64,000 nt of DNA from the human T2T-CHM13v2.0 reference genome, Homo sapiens, in assembly GCF_009914755.1 (NCBI RefSeq), contig NC_060926.1. One strand, 5' to 3'. The notes under the pieces were generated by a model, which was not told the origin of the DNA, searched no databases, and was given only the letters and a program-made list of their open reading frames with translations. Numbering within the stretch: position 1 is the stretch's first letter; every line of letters begins with the position of its first letter. This document shows positions 13,670 through 26,545 of the stretch, piece after piece. The position numbers and the translations under genes were made by a program.

Positions 13670-13985
13670 GGGCAGGGTGCAGTGGCTCATGCCTGTAATC
13701 CCAGCACTTTCGGAGACTGAGGTGAGTGGATTACTTGAGCCCAGGAGTTTGAGACTAGCCTGGGCAATATAGTGAGATGTCATCTCTACAAAAAATTTTA
13801 AAATTAGCCAGGCCTGGTGATGTTTGCCTATAGTCCTATCTGCTCGGGAGGCTGAGGCGGGAAGATGGCTTGAGCAAGGAGGATGAAAGTTGCAGTGAGC
13901 AGAGATCGTGCACTGCACTCCAACCTGAGAGAGAGAGTGAGACCCTGTCCCAAAACAAACAACAAAACAAAAAACAGGAAAAAAG
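13670..13985 (+). mobile_element. AluJ
   Basis: ggcagggtgcagtggctcatgcctgtaatccc...ttgagcccaggagtttgagactagcctgggcaat; A-rich tail. Confidence 0.94.
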
Positions 13986-14147
13986 GTAACGGGCGTTAGA
14001 GGAGCATGAGGGCTGAACCAAGGGCCCTGACTGTGACTGCAGCATTGGGTGATGGCCCCTAGCTTCGTTAGAGCCCAGAATCAGTGTTTGTTTATCTTTT
14101 AAGTTCATAATCACACTCATCTTTAACATTTTCTTACACCCATAAAG

Positions 14148-14320
14148 AGGTGGCAGAGGAAAGAGCACTGGACTAAGGGACCAAGTCTAAGGTCCTGTTG
14201 CTTTTCCTCCTTAATCAGCTCAAGTCATCTACCCGCTCTGGTCCCTGTCTGTTAAGATCAGGAAGGATAACCCTGACCTCCTACTTCCCAAGGGTTGTGG
14301 CAAAAACTAAATGAGACCAG
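14148..14320 (+). mobile_element. MIR fragment
   Basis: gtggcagaggaaagagcactggact...aagggttgtggcaaaaactaaatgaga. Confidence 0.6.
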
Positions 14321-14610
14321 GAAAAAAAAAAAAAGGCTTCAAGAAAGGTAAAAACAGTAAGTGGAAAAAGTTGTTTTTATCTATTAAACAAGATAACTAA
14401 AAAGTGTAACGAATCGTTTGGCAAAATCTGAATTAGCTCCAGAATCAGAGCTCTCCATGAGGACAATTGCTTTTCCCCTTCAAACACTTGCATGTGGCTA
14501 TTTCAGCTTTATGGCCCTTGTATGTGGCTACTTCCCTATGACAAAGCCAACCACTCATAGGTAGAACTGCTCCATAAGCAGGCTGTCCATCTTTCCATTT
14601 GAGTTTTCCT

Positions 14611-15128
14611 TGAAGGAAATCAAACCATTTTATCCCATACTTTGAAATGGCTGCTGCAGGGCAGGCAGACTGAGGTGGGGGAAACTTGCATCTGTAGAGA
14701 ATCTCCAGTGATGTAGCCAGGCCTTCTCTTTCTAGGTCTTTCCTGGATCTAGGAGAAAAACTGAGAGTCTGTCACCTTTAAAAGCCTGAAAAGAAGCAGC
14801 ATCTACTCTCTCTGAGGGCTACTACCTGAGAGGCTTTGTCTACATACTAAGGTCACCTTTGCCACCCAGGCGTCTTCCTTTTCCTTCTCACAATCTGTCT
14901 TTCCACTAAATCCTAATTTACCACCATAACCTGTTTGGGGCCATGCTCTGAGTCCACATTCTTTTTGCAACCTCAGGAAGCTTCTGTACCTCATCTGGGC
15001 TTGGGGCTTCATTCTGAAGTTTCCCGTGTATACATGTGACATAAATGTGTACGCTTTTTCTCCTGTTAATCTGCCTCATGGTAGTGATTTTTCTGCAAAC
15101 CTTTAGGGGGACAACCCTTGAGCCCCAC
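14611..15128 (+). mobile_element. MER34-family ERV1 solo LTR
   Basis: tgaaggaaatcaaaccattttatccc...tttgaaatggctgctgcaggg...tctcctgttaatctgcctc...gccccaca; TG...CA termini. Confidence 0.8.
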
Positions 15129-15644
15129 ACCCTCCTGGAATTTTCTACCTCCAGAATCAGGTAAACTGCATCCTCTTCCTCCAGTCTGACTCTTTAGTAA
15201 CAACTAAAGCTTACCAAGATTTGGCTGCCAAGAAACCTCTGCATTTCTGTGGAGTTTCTTGAAGACCCTACTATCAGCAGAACGCATAGGAATGGGGTTA
15301 TAATGGTAGACCAACAGGCAGTAGGGCAGATATTTTGGCTAGATGAACTGCCCTCTATTCATTCGTGCTCTCAGCAACCTGCTCCTCCTCCAAGAACTCT
15401 GAATACAGCCTCATTTCAGGAGAAACTCATTTTCAGGAGTTTTGCTGCTGTCACAAAAACTACTGTCATCTGAAACATTCATAAATAGATTTGCCTGCAA
15501 TTAAGCGACATGAAATAAATGGTGAGGCCAATGATACCAAGAGAAGAGAAGATGTCATCTGTTTGTTAGTTTTTTTAAACCAATGAAGCCAAAGCTTTGG
15601 AATGCCCAAGTAAAAATTCAGTGTGTGCAGTGGAAGGCAGCATG

Positions 15645-16212
15645 ACCCAGTTCTCAAACTTTCTTTGCTCAAAGTGCCCTAGCATCTCTGTAATTTGTTC
15701 ACAGTGCCCTTGTGCCAAAAGAAATTTCTAATGGTTCCCCTTATTAAGTACTTCTTCGGTTATAAGCATGTATGTCCTAGGAAGCTAGAAGCCATTTGAA
15801 AAATAAGACACAAATTGAAAGAAAAGAGGCCATTTTTATTTCATTCTAAAATAGTTATTTACTAATAGCTGTATATATCCTTAGGGCCCCACACAACTTC
15901 TCAATCCCTGGACTCAGAGTGGACATTGCTACTCTCATTTCCAGTTTCATACTGATTTTTCCACAATAGGGACTTTTTATCTAAGCCACTTCCAAAAATC
16001 CAGCTTTGCAAAGGTATGTTATTAAAAGGAATACAGCAGGACCCACTGTTGAGACTGAACCATCTCAACTAGTAGTCCACACACTGCCTGACAGATGTTG
16101 AGTAGCACTGTGTTTCCCTAGAAAACTGAAAAATTTTCGATAACCTGCAGGGCTTGTCTGCATTCACTATAGTCCACTGGGCTGCTTCAGAGCAGGACTA
16201 AGAAATCACAGA
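15645..16212. mobile_element. hAT-Charlie-type DNA transposon fragment
   Basis: Starts cagttctcaaacttt and ends ...agaaatcacag, Charlie-like terminal motifs around an AT-rich body. Confidence 0.5.
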
Positions 16213-16217
16213 AATCA

Positions 16218-16380
16218 CAGAGCAGGACTGAAAGATCCCTGGGTGGGGCAACTGAAGGCCTGGGTTCAAATCCTGACTGCCTCCAGCAGCTGTGCAACCT
16301 AGACCAAGTAGCAAACCTTTCTGGGGTTCAATTTTCTATGTATAGAAGGGAGGTGAGAATCCCTAAAGCACAACTTACTC
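16218..16380 (+). mobile_element. MIR fragment
   Basis: cctgggttcaaatcctgactgcc...gctgtgcaacctagaccaagt. Confidence 0.7.
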
Positions 16381-16469
16381 TAGAATTCTCCCCTATAAAA
16401 GGGTAACTCCAAAGTAATCTGCACATATTTTCAAAAAGATACAGAGAAAGTGTGACCATAAAACTATGC

Positions 16470-16628
16470 TCCAGTTTCCCAAACCAGTCTACAGATCTCC
16501 TTAAAACAGAGACATGAGCTGTGACCACGGCAATTCTGATGTGGGTCTGAGATGGGGCCCTAAATGTGTATTTTTTTAAAGTTCCTCCAGATGATTCTGT
16601 TGCCTGGATTAATTTGGGAATCATTTCC
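16470..16628. mobile_element. MER5A/B (hAT-Charlie MITE)
   Basis: ggtctgagatggggccc...tgtatttttttaaagttcctccagatgattctg...tttgggaatcatt. Confidence 0.7.
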
Positions 16629-18039
16629 TACTGACAACACAGCAAAATCGACAGCCTCGTGCTCCAAAGCACCAAGTCAGCAAAAAATGTTTGTGCATAT
16701 TAAAATCTATCTCATTATTTGCTTTTAATGATACTTCATTATATTCTCTTTTCCCTTTTAATTTGGTTGCATCACTCAAGTGGTGTGTTTGATTCCCAGT
16801 TTCTTGTCAGAATAGCCATGATGCCTCACCCTGCCGCCCTAAAGCTCACAGAGACAGGAAAACCAGAGTCCCCAGTGTGGCTGCACCGGGTCTCCAGCTG
16901 TCCGTTTGCAAAAGATACAAAAACCGTTTCATTTTCACAATAATTTTTTTTAAAGACTTCCCCAGATATCTACATTTTCTTTGGCAGTTTGACTTCGATG
17001 ACACAAAAGTTCAGGGTCAACTTTCCAAAAAATAATGAGGAAAGAGCCAGCCAGCTGCTCAGTTGTGTCCTCACTTTCAATGCTGATTGCTGCAAAAGTA
17101 CACATGAAATTCTGATGCAGACAAATTGTTCCTTTCTCACTGAACTCAGCTAGAAGGCTGGAAGGGACATTTGGAAAGATGGTCATTCATGGGACTTATT
17201 TTTTAAAACATGAAAAAGAAGAGAATTTTAAAGCAACATCCACAGAGTCGAAGTTTAGCTTCACCAACAATTATTTCCTCTTCAGTGAGAGTTAGTGGCC
17301 AGTTACAAAGTTCAATGTTTGGGTTTGGGTTTGAGGGATATTTTTTCCCCCACTACTGAGACAAAGCCGTAATCCATGAAATATAGCAGATATCTCATGG
17401 ACCTAGTTCTGCATGCTTGCAAACATTTGAAATTGCACTTGCGGTACATAAAAGATTTATAATGATCTTACCCACAAATATAAATTCTGTCCCACACAGG
17501 ATAGAAAGACCTAGAAGCAGAAGCAGTGAACAGCTGAATGTGAGCAGAGTCATAAATTCAGAACACTTACAGCTTTGTAACAACCCTATCATAAATGTGG
17601 CTGATTTCAATTTAATTTATAGGACTTTGCAGCCGGGTCCAAGAATGTCTTTTGAAAACTAAGAAGTTAGAAGCAATAACATATAGTTTCTATAGTTTCA
17701 GTTTCCAAGAAAATGTCCATGGTCTTCAGGTGGCTCTGATGAGACAACATCCAGGCCATCCTTGATTATGCAAAATGACTTGGGGGAAATCCCTAAATTC
17801 ATTGCAGCAAAATGCAGGCGTCAAAAGAAGGCTCAGAACACATACTAATGTCAAACCGCGGTGCACATAACAAAGGCTTGGCAGTGGGTTTCCAGGGAAA
17901 CCATCCGGTAGAGTAGGAAAACCCCAATCTTTTGTAAGACAGATCAATCTGCATTCAAAACCCAGTCTCTCCTCCTTAGCTGAGTAATGATCACATGAGG
18001 AGCTGAAGTCCTCTGAAGCTCAGTTTCTCAATTTGGAAT

Positions 18040-18560
<521 letters not shown>

Positions 18561-18590
18561 AAAGTCCTTCACTCTAAAATGCAAGTACCT

Positions 18591-18896
<306 letters not shown>

Positions 18897-19294
18897 AAAA
18901 TGCTAATACCTGAATCCACCTCAGAAAATGATGGATTGATGTAAAGTACACAGGACAGTGCTTCTTAGCTCCCTTTTCTGAGATGACATAAAGTCTCATC
19001 CACTATTATTTTCAATAATTCACTGCATTGGCCCAAATAAAGTGATGAAATCTGCTAAACTCCTGGCCACTTATCTGCCTAAAATGTCTTCATCCCCTCA
19101 ACCCTCATCCTAACCTGGGAATCATAGTGTAATGAACCTTCATCCCAGGCAACCTCTGCATAGCCCTCTCAGTTCTAGGGAGATTTTAGGGTCAAATTTT
19201 TCAGGTTTTATAAGAGTGTATCTCATCTTCAAAGGAGAGTCTCTGTGTGTCTCCTCTGGGAACTCCCAAATATACTCAATTATTACTTTTTCTA

Positions 19295-19600
19295 AGAGCA
19301 ACAGACAGCAGTCAAGCACCCACTACATATCAGGCCTGGTGCCACCTGCCAGAGACACCAGAGCAAGCCCAACCCACACATTACACCCATCGAGCTTAGA
19401 GTTCAGATTGGAGACAGCCAGGAAGCAGCAAGGTCAGAACTGTGCAAAGGTCCAGAACGTTCAGGGAAGCAGGGAGGAGCCACCCAGCAGTGGGGAGCCT
19501 GGTGGGCAGATAGAGCTTCCTGAAAGATGTGGCCTCAGAGCTGACACAAAGGCTGGAAGGATAACCAGAAGAAATTCCAGGAGAAGCCACCTAGGTAGAT
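19295..19600 (-). mobile_element. L2 fragment
   Basis: caagcacccactacatatcaggcctggtgc...gagcttagagttcag...gagcttcctgaaagatgtggcctcagagctga. Confidence 0.6.
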
Positions 19601-21159
19601 GTGGCCAGGATGCACGGCTGCCATCAGAACAGGAGAGGCCCAGCTACAGGGAAACAAATGTGGAGGGCGGGAATGAGAAGAGAGAGGCGCGAAATGGACC
19701 AAATATCTCACCAAGATGATGCATCACTCATTCGCTTAATAGACAAACTCTGGGAAGTGCCAGCACATTCTGTAACCTTACTACAAGCCCTGAAAGTAGA
19801 AAAGACGCACGCAGCACAAAATGACTGTATGGCTCTTTGCTCTGGATACAACCCAGTGAAAGTTAAATATAAATGCTTGAGAATAAATCAGAAGTCATAT
19901 ACTTATAAAAACTTATGGTATCAAAATTGCTTTGCAGCAAAACGTAAGACGTTCTAATGGTCTTTGCTTCCCTTTCCCCTGAACCCAGCCCCTGTGAAGT
20001 AAACACCCTGTATCCCCAAAACTACTTTGCAAACAATATCTTGCATAGGTCTGATTAACATGCATGATGTATAACGTATTTCTGTATGTGCAAAGCAAAA
20101 TTCCATTGAGTAAAGTGTACTCAGTATCTTAAAGCAAAGAATAATAACTTCTTTCCTCTGAGTCTAGGAGTTAATTTTCATGCTGGACAATTTTTTAATA
20201 ATGTTGGACACACCATGGGATTTTTGGAAGTTCATTTCGTTTTGAGACTTCTTAAGTTATAATTTTTCTTCTGGCTCAGATGGATCTTTTATCTGTTCTA
20301 CCCTTAATATTCCTGCTAATCTTAGTATAGAAAAGCTTCATAATTTGAAAAAGAGAAGTTTAACAAGACATGAGGCTGATTGTTTGCACAATCAGAACAT
20401 CTAATTGAGCTATAGTATTCTAAACCATGCTTGCGTGCAGGGAGATAATTTTTCCTTCATTTCCTATTTTATCAGAAAATTAACCTTCATTTAAAACACT
20501 GTGGTCTGAAACACTTTTATAGCTACATTCTCTCCGCTGTTCAAAAGAATTTGAATTTTAAATTTGCCATCCTGGTCTTTAAAAATGAAACAAACTGCGG
20601 ACGCTTTGGGAACCAGGTGTTTATGATCAAGGAGACATCAGAATGTGACCCGGGTCCAAAGCACTGCTCCTGCCAACCAAGGGGACTATGCTACCAGATC
20701 TGTTTTTAGTTTTTCAACCTTTGGTGAAATAATGAGGCTCTGAATTTGCATAGCAATCTTTTTGTCTGAGAACCTAACAGCCCCGCAGATCTTTCATTTC
20801 ATTGCACAAACATTGGAAGCCTTTATTAAGTACCTCTCTGCATGGAGAACTCAGCTTGGCCCCAGACAAGCCAGACTTGAATCCTGCAATGATGACACAG
20901 AGTTGGCCATGGTACAAATGAAGTTAGGTAATTCATTTGACACACAGTTCACTAAGCACTCATGACACGTATGTAACCAGAGTGGGCCCAAGTTCATCTG
21001 GGGTCACCTTGTCTTATAATATTCTGGAAAAAATACCCAAACTGTCATTTCAGAGATTGTTGATATTTCTACCAGGAATTTAGTCTCCATCAAAATATTT
21101 CTAAAGATTTTGAGACAGAGTGAAGGGTAGGAGGGGGCACCGTCTCACATCTAGCCCTC

Positions 21160-21770
21160 TGTTATAGGTTGAATTGTGTGTGCCCTCAAAATGGATCTGT
21201 TCAAGTCCTAACCCCGGGCGTCTGTGAACATGACCTCATTTGGAAATAGGGTCTTTGCAGATGTAATCAGGTTAAAATGAGGTCATTAGGATGGGCCCTC
21301 TGTCCTTATAAGAAGAGGGAAATGTGGACATAGATGCACAGCAGATGCAATGTAACAACAGAGGCAGAGACTGGAGCAACACAGCCGCAAGACGGGAGCG
21401 CAAAGGATGGCCGGCAACACCAGAAGCTGGAACAGACAACAGAGAATTCTCCTTCACACATGAGAACACGGACAGCCCCAGAGATTAGCCTTTCGCCCAG
21501 CTCTTGCCACTTACCCATGGTGATGAGATCTGCATGCAGGCATTCTGACTCCACGGTTCTTGTCTTGACCATCGTACTAAAGTCCTTCACCCTAAAATGA
21601 AAGTAACTGGGTCCACTTCAGAAAGGTTTCAGGTTTCAGAGAGAGTGAACCCCTGCCAACACCTTGATTTTAGACTCCTGGCTTCCAGAATTCTGAAATA
21701 ATGAATTTCTGTGGTGTCAAGCCACCCAGTTTGTGGAGTTTTGTCATGGCAGCTTCAAGAAACAAACACA
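21160..21770 (+). mobile_element. MLT1C-like MaLR solo LTR carrying a ~170-bp foreign insert (21453-21624)
   Basis: tgttataggttgaattgtgt...ggaaatagggtctttgcagatgtaat...aagccacccagtttgtgg...aaacaaacaca; TSD ccctc / ccatc. Confidence 0.88.
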
Positions 21771-22329
21771 CCATCTCAGTTATGTCTATCTTCCCTGCCA
21801 CTCGGCTCCACAGGTAAGCAGGGATCCAGGCCTTTAACTCTCAGACTTCCCTCATCCAGTACTGTCACGTGTAACAGACCTTTAGTGAAGGGCTGGGTAT
21901 AAAAGAGGAGAATTGCTGTACAGACCAGAAATAAAACCCCATGTCTTTGCTGCTGAAGTTTAGCTTCCAGAGGGGACCCTGGCTGGCCCCGCCAGGGCTG
22001 TGGTCCCAAACTGTTGGCAGCGGCCAGCAAGCTTTTTCCCCTAGAGTTCTTATCCTACCTCCCACCACAATTCTCAACTGAAATCCCCATTTCTAGGATT
22101 TGCCCGTAAGAAAATGCAAATTACTTTATAGCAGAACAACCTGTCTACTCCAAGAAGGTTCCTGTTTTCCTTCTATGCAAAACACTTACATCCTCTTGGT
22201 CTCAACCACTCCAAACTAGACTCCCCCAGAACCATGATCTGATCAAATAACCAAAAGGCTCCTTCACAGATTGTCCAATAATGTGTCCTCACCATGGGGG
22301 CTCTGGGAAATGGTTTGCAAAGAACCCCT

Positions 22330-22440
22330 CACATCATAATCACTTTGAGTGCCTACTAAAATGCAGATCCCACTGGATTACAGATTTTTTAGCGGGAGTT
22401 TAGGAACCTTCGTTTTAAAAGGGTCCCAGTGACCAAGAGC
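22330..22440. mobile_element. MER5A-like fragment
   Basis: aatcactttgagtgcctactaaaatgcagatccc...ttttaaaagggtcccagtga. Confidence 0.5.
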
Positions 22441-23109
22441 CACAGTGTTAAAGCCAAGAGCACAAACTTCAGCCAGCCTTTAAAATAGCCATTCTTTCCC
22501 CCCTCGATAACAATGCCAGGGGTAGAGACTGACAGGCTCGCTGCAATGTCCCCTTGGACCAAGTTTGATTTTACTCCTGTTACAAATACAGTACGGAAGC
22601 TCCAGACACCCTCCCACCAACCTCTCCCTTCCCAGCACAGGGATGGCTCCTCCCTGGCCAGGCCTTAGTCTCACAGGTGGCACCCCCTTTGCTATTGAAC
22701 TTGAACCCCGATGCCACTTAGCAGTGGAGACTTTGGGCACTCTAGTCAGAAAGAGCCACTTCCTCCTCTGGTCTCCTCCCACTCTCAGGCCCCAGCCAGA
22801 TCCTCCAGCAGTGGCCACCTCCCTCCTCACTCCAACTTCCTCTTTCCTAGTATCTCCTGAGACTTGGTAAGACCACCAACATATATTAATAGTTCCTAAA
22901 TTATTTTAATGCAATAATTCAGGCCAGGTTATTTGGTCTTACTGGAATTGAACATAAAATAATTCTCACCCTGAGGTCGATGCACCTGCCCTGTATTGAA
23001 GGCACAGATGAAGCTGAGGCCCACAGTAGATGTCTACTGTTATCACCGGCTTGCTCTCTTTCCTTTCTCTTTCCCTCCTGTTTATCCACTCTAGGGAAGA
23101 AGAAAGCAC

Positions 23110-23340
23110 TTTCCTTCAATAAATATGCATTAAACTCCTACTTTGCTCCAGGCAATGGATATAAATAACTCAGGGACTTTACCACTGAAGAAGGCATAAA
23201 AAGTAAACAAAAGCTATGAAATAAATATGGACCATGTTCTATTGGAGTTCAGAGGAGGGAACCTCTAATGCTGCATGACCTAGTCAAAAAAGCCAGCACA
23301 GAGATGCTGGGACCTAGAGCCATGAGGTCACCCTAGAGGA
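23110..23340 (-). mobile_element. L2 fragment
   Basis: ttcaataaatatgcattaaactcctactttgctccaggca...ggagttcagaggaggga. Confidence 0.6.
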
Positions 23341-23419
23341 GGCATGAGAAAGGATGAATCCTGTAAGGTCCTTTTGCTCACAAGCTACAGAAATGGACAA
23401 CGTGATTGAAATACTTAAA

Positions 23420-23600
23420 CAGGCCATGTGGCCCAAGCATTAAAGCACCAGCCTTGTTTGCTTGAGGGAGCTACATAACCTTTCTGAGCCTTAGTTTTCT
23501 CGTCCGTGATATCAAAGTAGTAAGAGTTTTTTAAACAAATGAAAGACGATACATAAAGTGCTTAGGAACGCACATAATAAGCTCTCAATAACTACCTATT
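23420..23600 (+). mobile_element. MIR
   Basis: aacctttctgagccttagttttctcgtc...aaagtgcttaggaac...taagctctcaataa. Confidence 0.7.
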
Positions 23601-24104
23601 ACGGCTAAGGAAAAAAGTGGACTTTATAAAGATAGATCTCAGAACAGAAGGAAGACTGAAAACTGAGCCCCATGGAGTGGCCAGAGCCAGGGAAGCTTCA
23701 CAAACCATGTCTGTGGCCCTCAGGTGGCTGTGCATCAGGCCTCTGTCAGGTAGGCTCCAGCCAACTCTTGCAATTCCCAGGAGAGAGATTCTGGCTGCCC
23801 GGCTTGGGGCAGAAGGCAGGTCCCAGGGACATGGCACAGGAGACTCAGTCATCCCACTTTTGAAGAAGATTCCAGACAAGGAAACTGCCAGATCATGGTC
23901 TGGGGGGCAACCCAAGAGGCTATGGTATAGAGGGAGCCTGGAGTTTGTGTAGAGAGTGGCAGGTTGGAAGACATGTGTGCCTTTTCCCATGGGCAGTGAG
24001 GAGCTACTGAAGAAAGGGAAGGCAGGAGCACTGAGTGCTCGCCCAGGGACATGGGTGCTTCAGAAGGAACCATCAGGCATTGAAGACCATGGAGCAAGCT
24101 CACC

Positions 24105-24480
24105 TGATATGGTTAGGCTTTGTGTCCCCACTCAAATCTCATCTTGAATTATAGTTCCCATAATCTCCACATGTCACGGGAGGGAACCAGTGGGAGGTAA
24201 TTGAATCATGGTGACGGTTACCTCCATGCTGTTCTCATGATAGTGAGTTCTCACAATATATGATGGTTTGGTAAGGGGCTTTCCCCACCCTTCACTCTGC
24301 ACTTCTCCTTCCTGTCACTATGTGAAGAAGTACATGTTTGCTTCCCCTTCTGCCATGATTGTAAGCTTCCTGAGGCCTCCCCAGCCATGCTGAACTGTGA
24401 GTTTCACAAACTCACTTTCCTTTATAAATTACATAGTCTTGGGTATGTCTTTATTAGTAGCGTGAGAACTGACTAATACA
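24105..24480 (+). mobile_element. THE1 (THE1C-like) solo LTR
   Basis: tgatatggttaggctttgtgtcccc...gactaataca; TSD tcacc / ccacc. Confidence 0.93.
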
Positions 24481-26339
24481 CCACCTTACCCCCGTCCCAA
24501 GCCCTAGTGCCCCAGCAGGAGGTCCCAGCCCACTGCACTCTGGTCTCCCTCAGGAGGTGTCTGTGAAGGGCCCTTCTATGGCCCACGGATGACTGGATAC
24601 TCGAATGTACATGTATCCAGGTTCAGATCCATCTCCTTGCATGATAAAGGTCGTTTCTAAATGGCTCTCTTTTCTAATGTGCACACTAAACTACATGGAG
24701 ATCCTGGAATTTAAGATACAATTTTCAATCTACTTGGCCCCCAAATTCAGTAGAATTTGGATCTTTTCAAGTGTTTTAGAAACAATCTGTGCTAATGGCA
24801 CAATGTTCTTGCTAATGCCCTTTAAGGGCCAAATTTTCAAAAATGGCAAATAAATTTGTTTGTCATTTCCATGTGTAGTTTTATGGGTGGGTATAAATAC
24901 TGCAGTCGAAATAACAAGCTGATTTTTTCCTTGCAAACATTTACACTGAGGATTGAATGAGGTGTAAATTGGAAAGGTTATCCCTGTCTAAGGAAAAGGG
25001 CAGGGCCATTCTCAGCTAGGGACACACCAGGCAGCCAGGGTCAGAAAGGGGCTATGACAGAACAGGCAGACAGAACACGGTGTTCTCCCTATGCCAGTCT
25101 TCAAGAGAAACTGGAATGGCCTATCTACACAGCAGGCCACAAGAATACCAGCTGTGGCTTGTCACTTGCCTCAAGTAACTCCTCTTCTCCCCTCTCCCAC
25201 TTCGCCTCAGGAATTACTGCAGATCACCAACCCTGGACATCACTGGAGCCTACATCTCCAGGCTCTCTGATCCCATAATACCAATGCCTATATTGGCTCC
25301 AGGACCACTCTATTTGGACAACAGATTGGACATTGGACTTTAAATTTCAGTGGACTTCAAGTTTCACCCATATCACCCCAGAACTCAGATTTGTTCCCTG
25401 CCTTAACCTCTGGGTCCTTAGGAGTCCAGATGAGATCTCCCCTGCCAGCCTGAGTCCCTCAGACTCCCACCAGTGGGCTGGTCCATACTATATACAGCCC
25501 CCAGCCCACCCTGCCCTGGGCAAATGCAGGAATCCAGGCAACCACATTCATTGCATTCTGACTCTTCCTCCACTCCAACAGCTAACATGACAGACTCCAA
25601 AGCTCAGGGCAAAACTAGAGACTAGGGTATGTGTCTTCATGCTCCTCTGTTTCCAAATATATTCAATGGCACTGTAGCAAGGACATCACCCTGGGCTATG
25701 CCAGGATAACACGGCTGGAAGCTCACAGCTGAATGGCCACACTTATACTCTGCTAGTCTTTGTGTGTTGAGACCATCACCTCTAGCTGCACCCAGTTAAA
25801 AGTGAGAAGCAAGAGAAAAGTCCAAGTTGTGGAATCAAGTTGTGTTGCACTGGAGCCGGGAGAATTCAGGCTCTTGGCATATAAAGAAGGAGTTAATACA
25901 ACACACCCAGGCACCAGGCTTCTGCCTCTCCCCTCCTGGAGAAGAGCAGGAGCAGGCCAGGGGCTGGAAGAGACAGCTGGCCCCCTCTCCTGCTGTGCAG
26001 GCCAGGCTAGGCAAGCTGAGCAGGCATCGGGAGGGAGGAGTTGCTGAGGACACTTGGGTGACCATCAGCAGCCAGGCCCTGCTGCCCACAGGAATGTTCC
26101 CAGAGGAAGCCACGGGCTTCTAGAAGTCTCAGGTCTTCCCTCCCAACACGAGGCCCTCCTTCCCTGTAGCCTCACCCTGTCCTCAAACACTGTGCATTTG
26201 GCAACATGTGAGTTGGGTCTTCATCCTCAAAACCCACCCTCGAAACACAACATGCATGTCTATACCTCCACCCTGGGGTCAACACTTGGCCAGCCAGGAG
26301 AGGCCTTGACCACACTCCTGGACCCTGTCATCTTTCCTT

Positions 26340-26545
26340 CCTCCATAGGACAGCACAGAAACTCAATAAATGCCTGTGGAATAAAGCACACATTTTATTT
26401 TTGAATCCAGTCTCTGTTCCCCACAGAGCACGTAAGCGTGAAGGCAGGTCTGTCTGCTTCCTTCACGCCCATATCCCAGCACTTACTCAGAGCCTATCAA
26501 CCAGCCGGAGCTCGAGAAATAGATGATGACAAAGTAAATAAATTC
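26340..26545 (+). mobile_element. L2 3'-end fragments
   Basis: actcaataaatgcctgtggaataaa; cacgtaagcgtgaaggcagg...atatcccagcactta. Confidence 0.55.
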
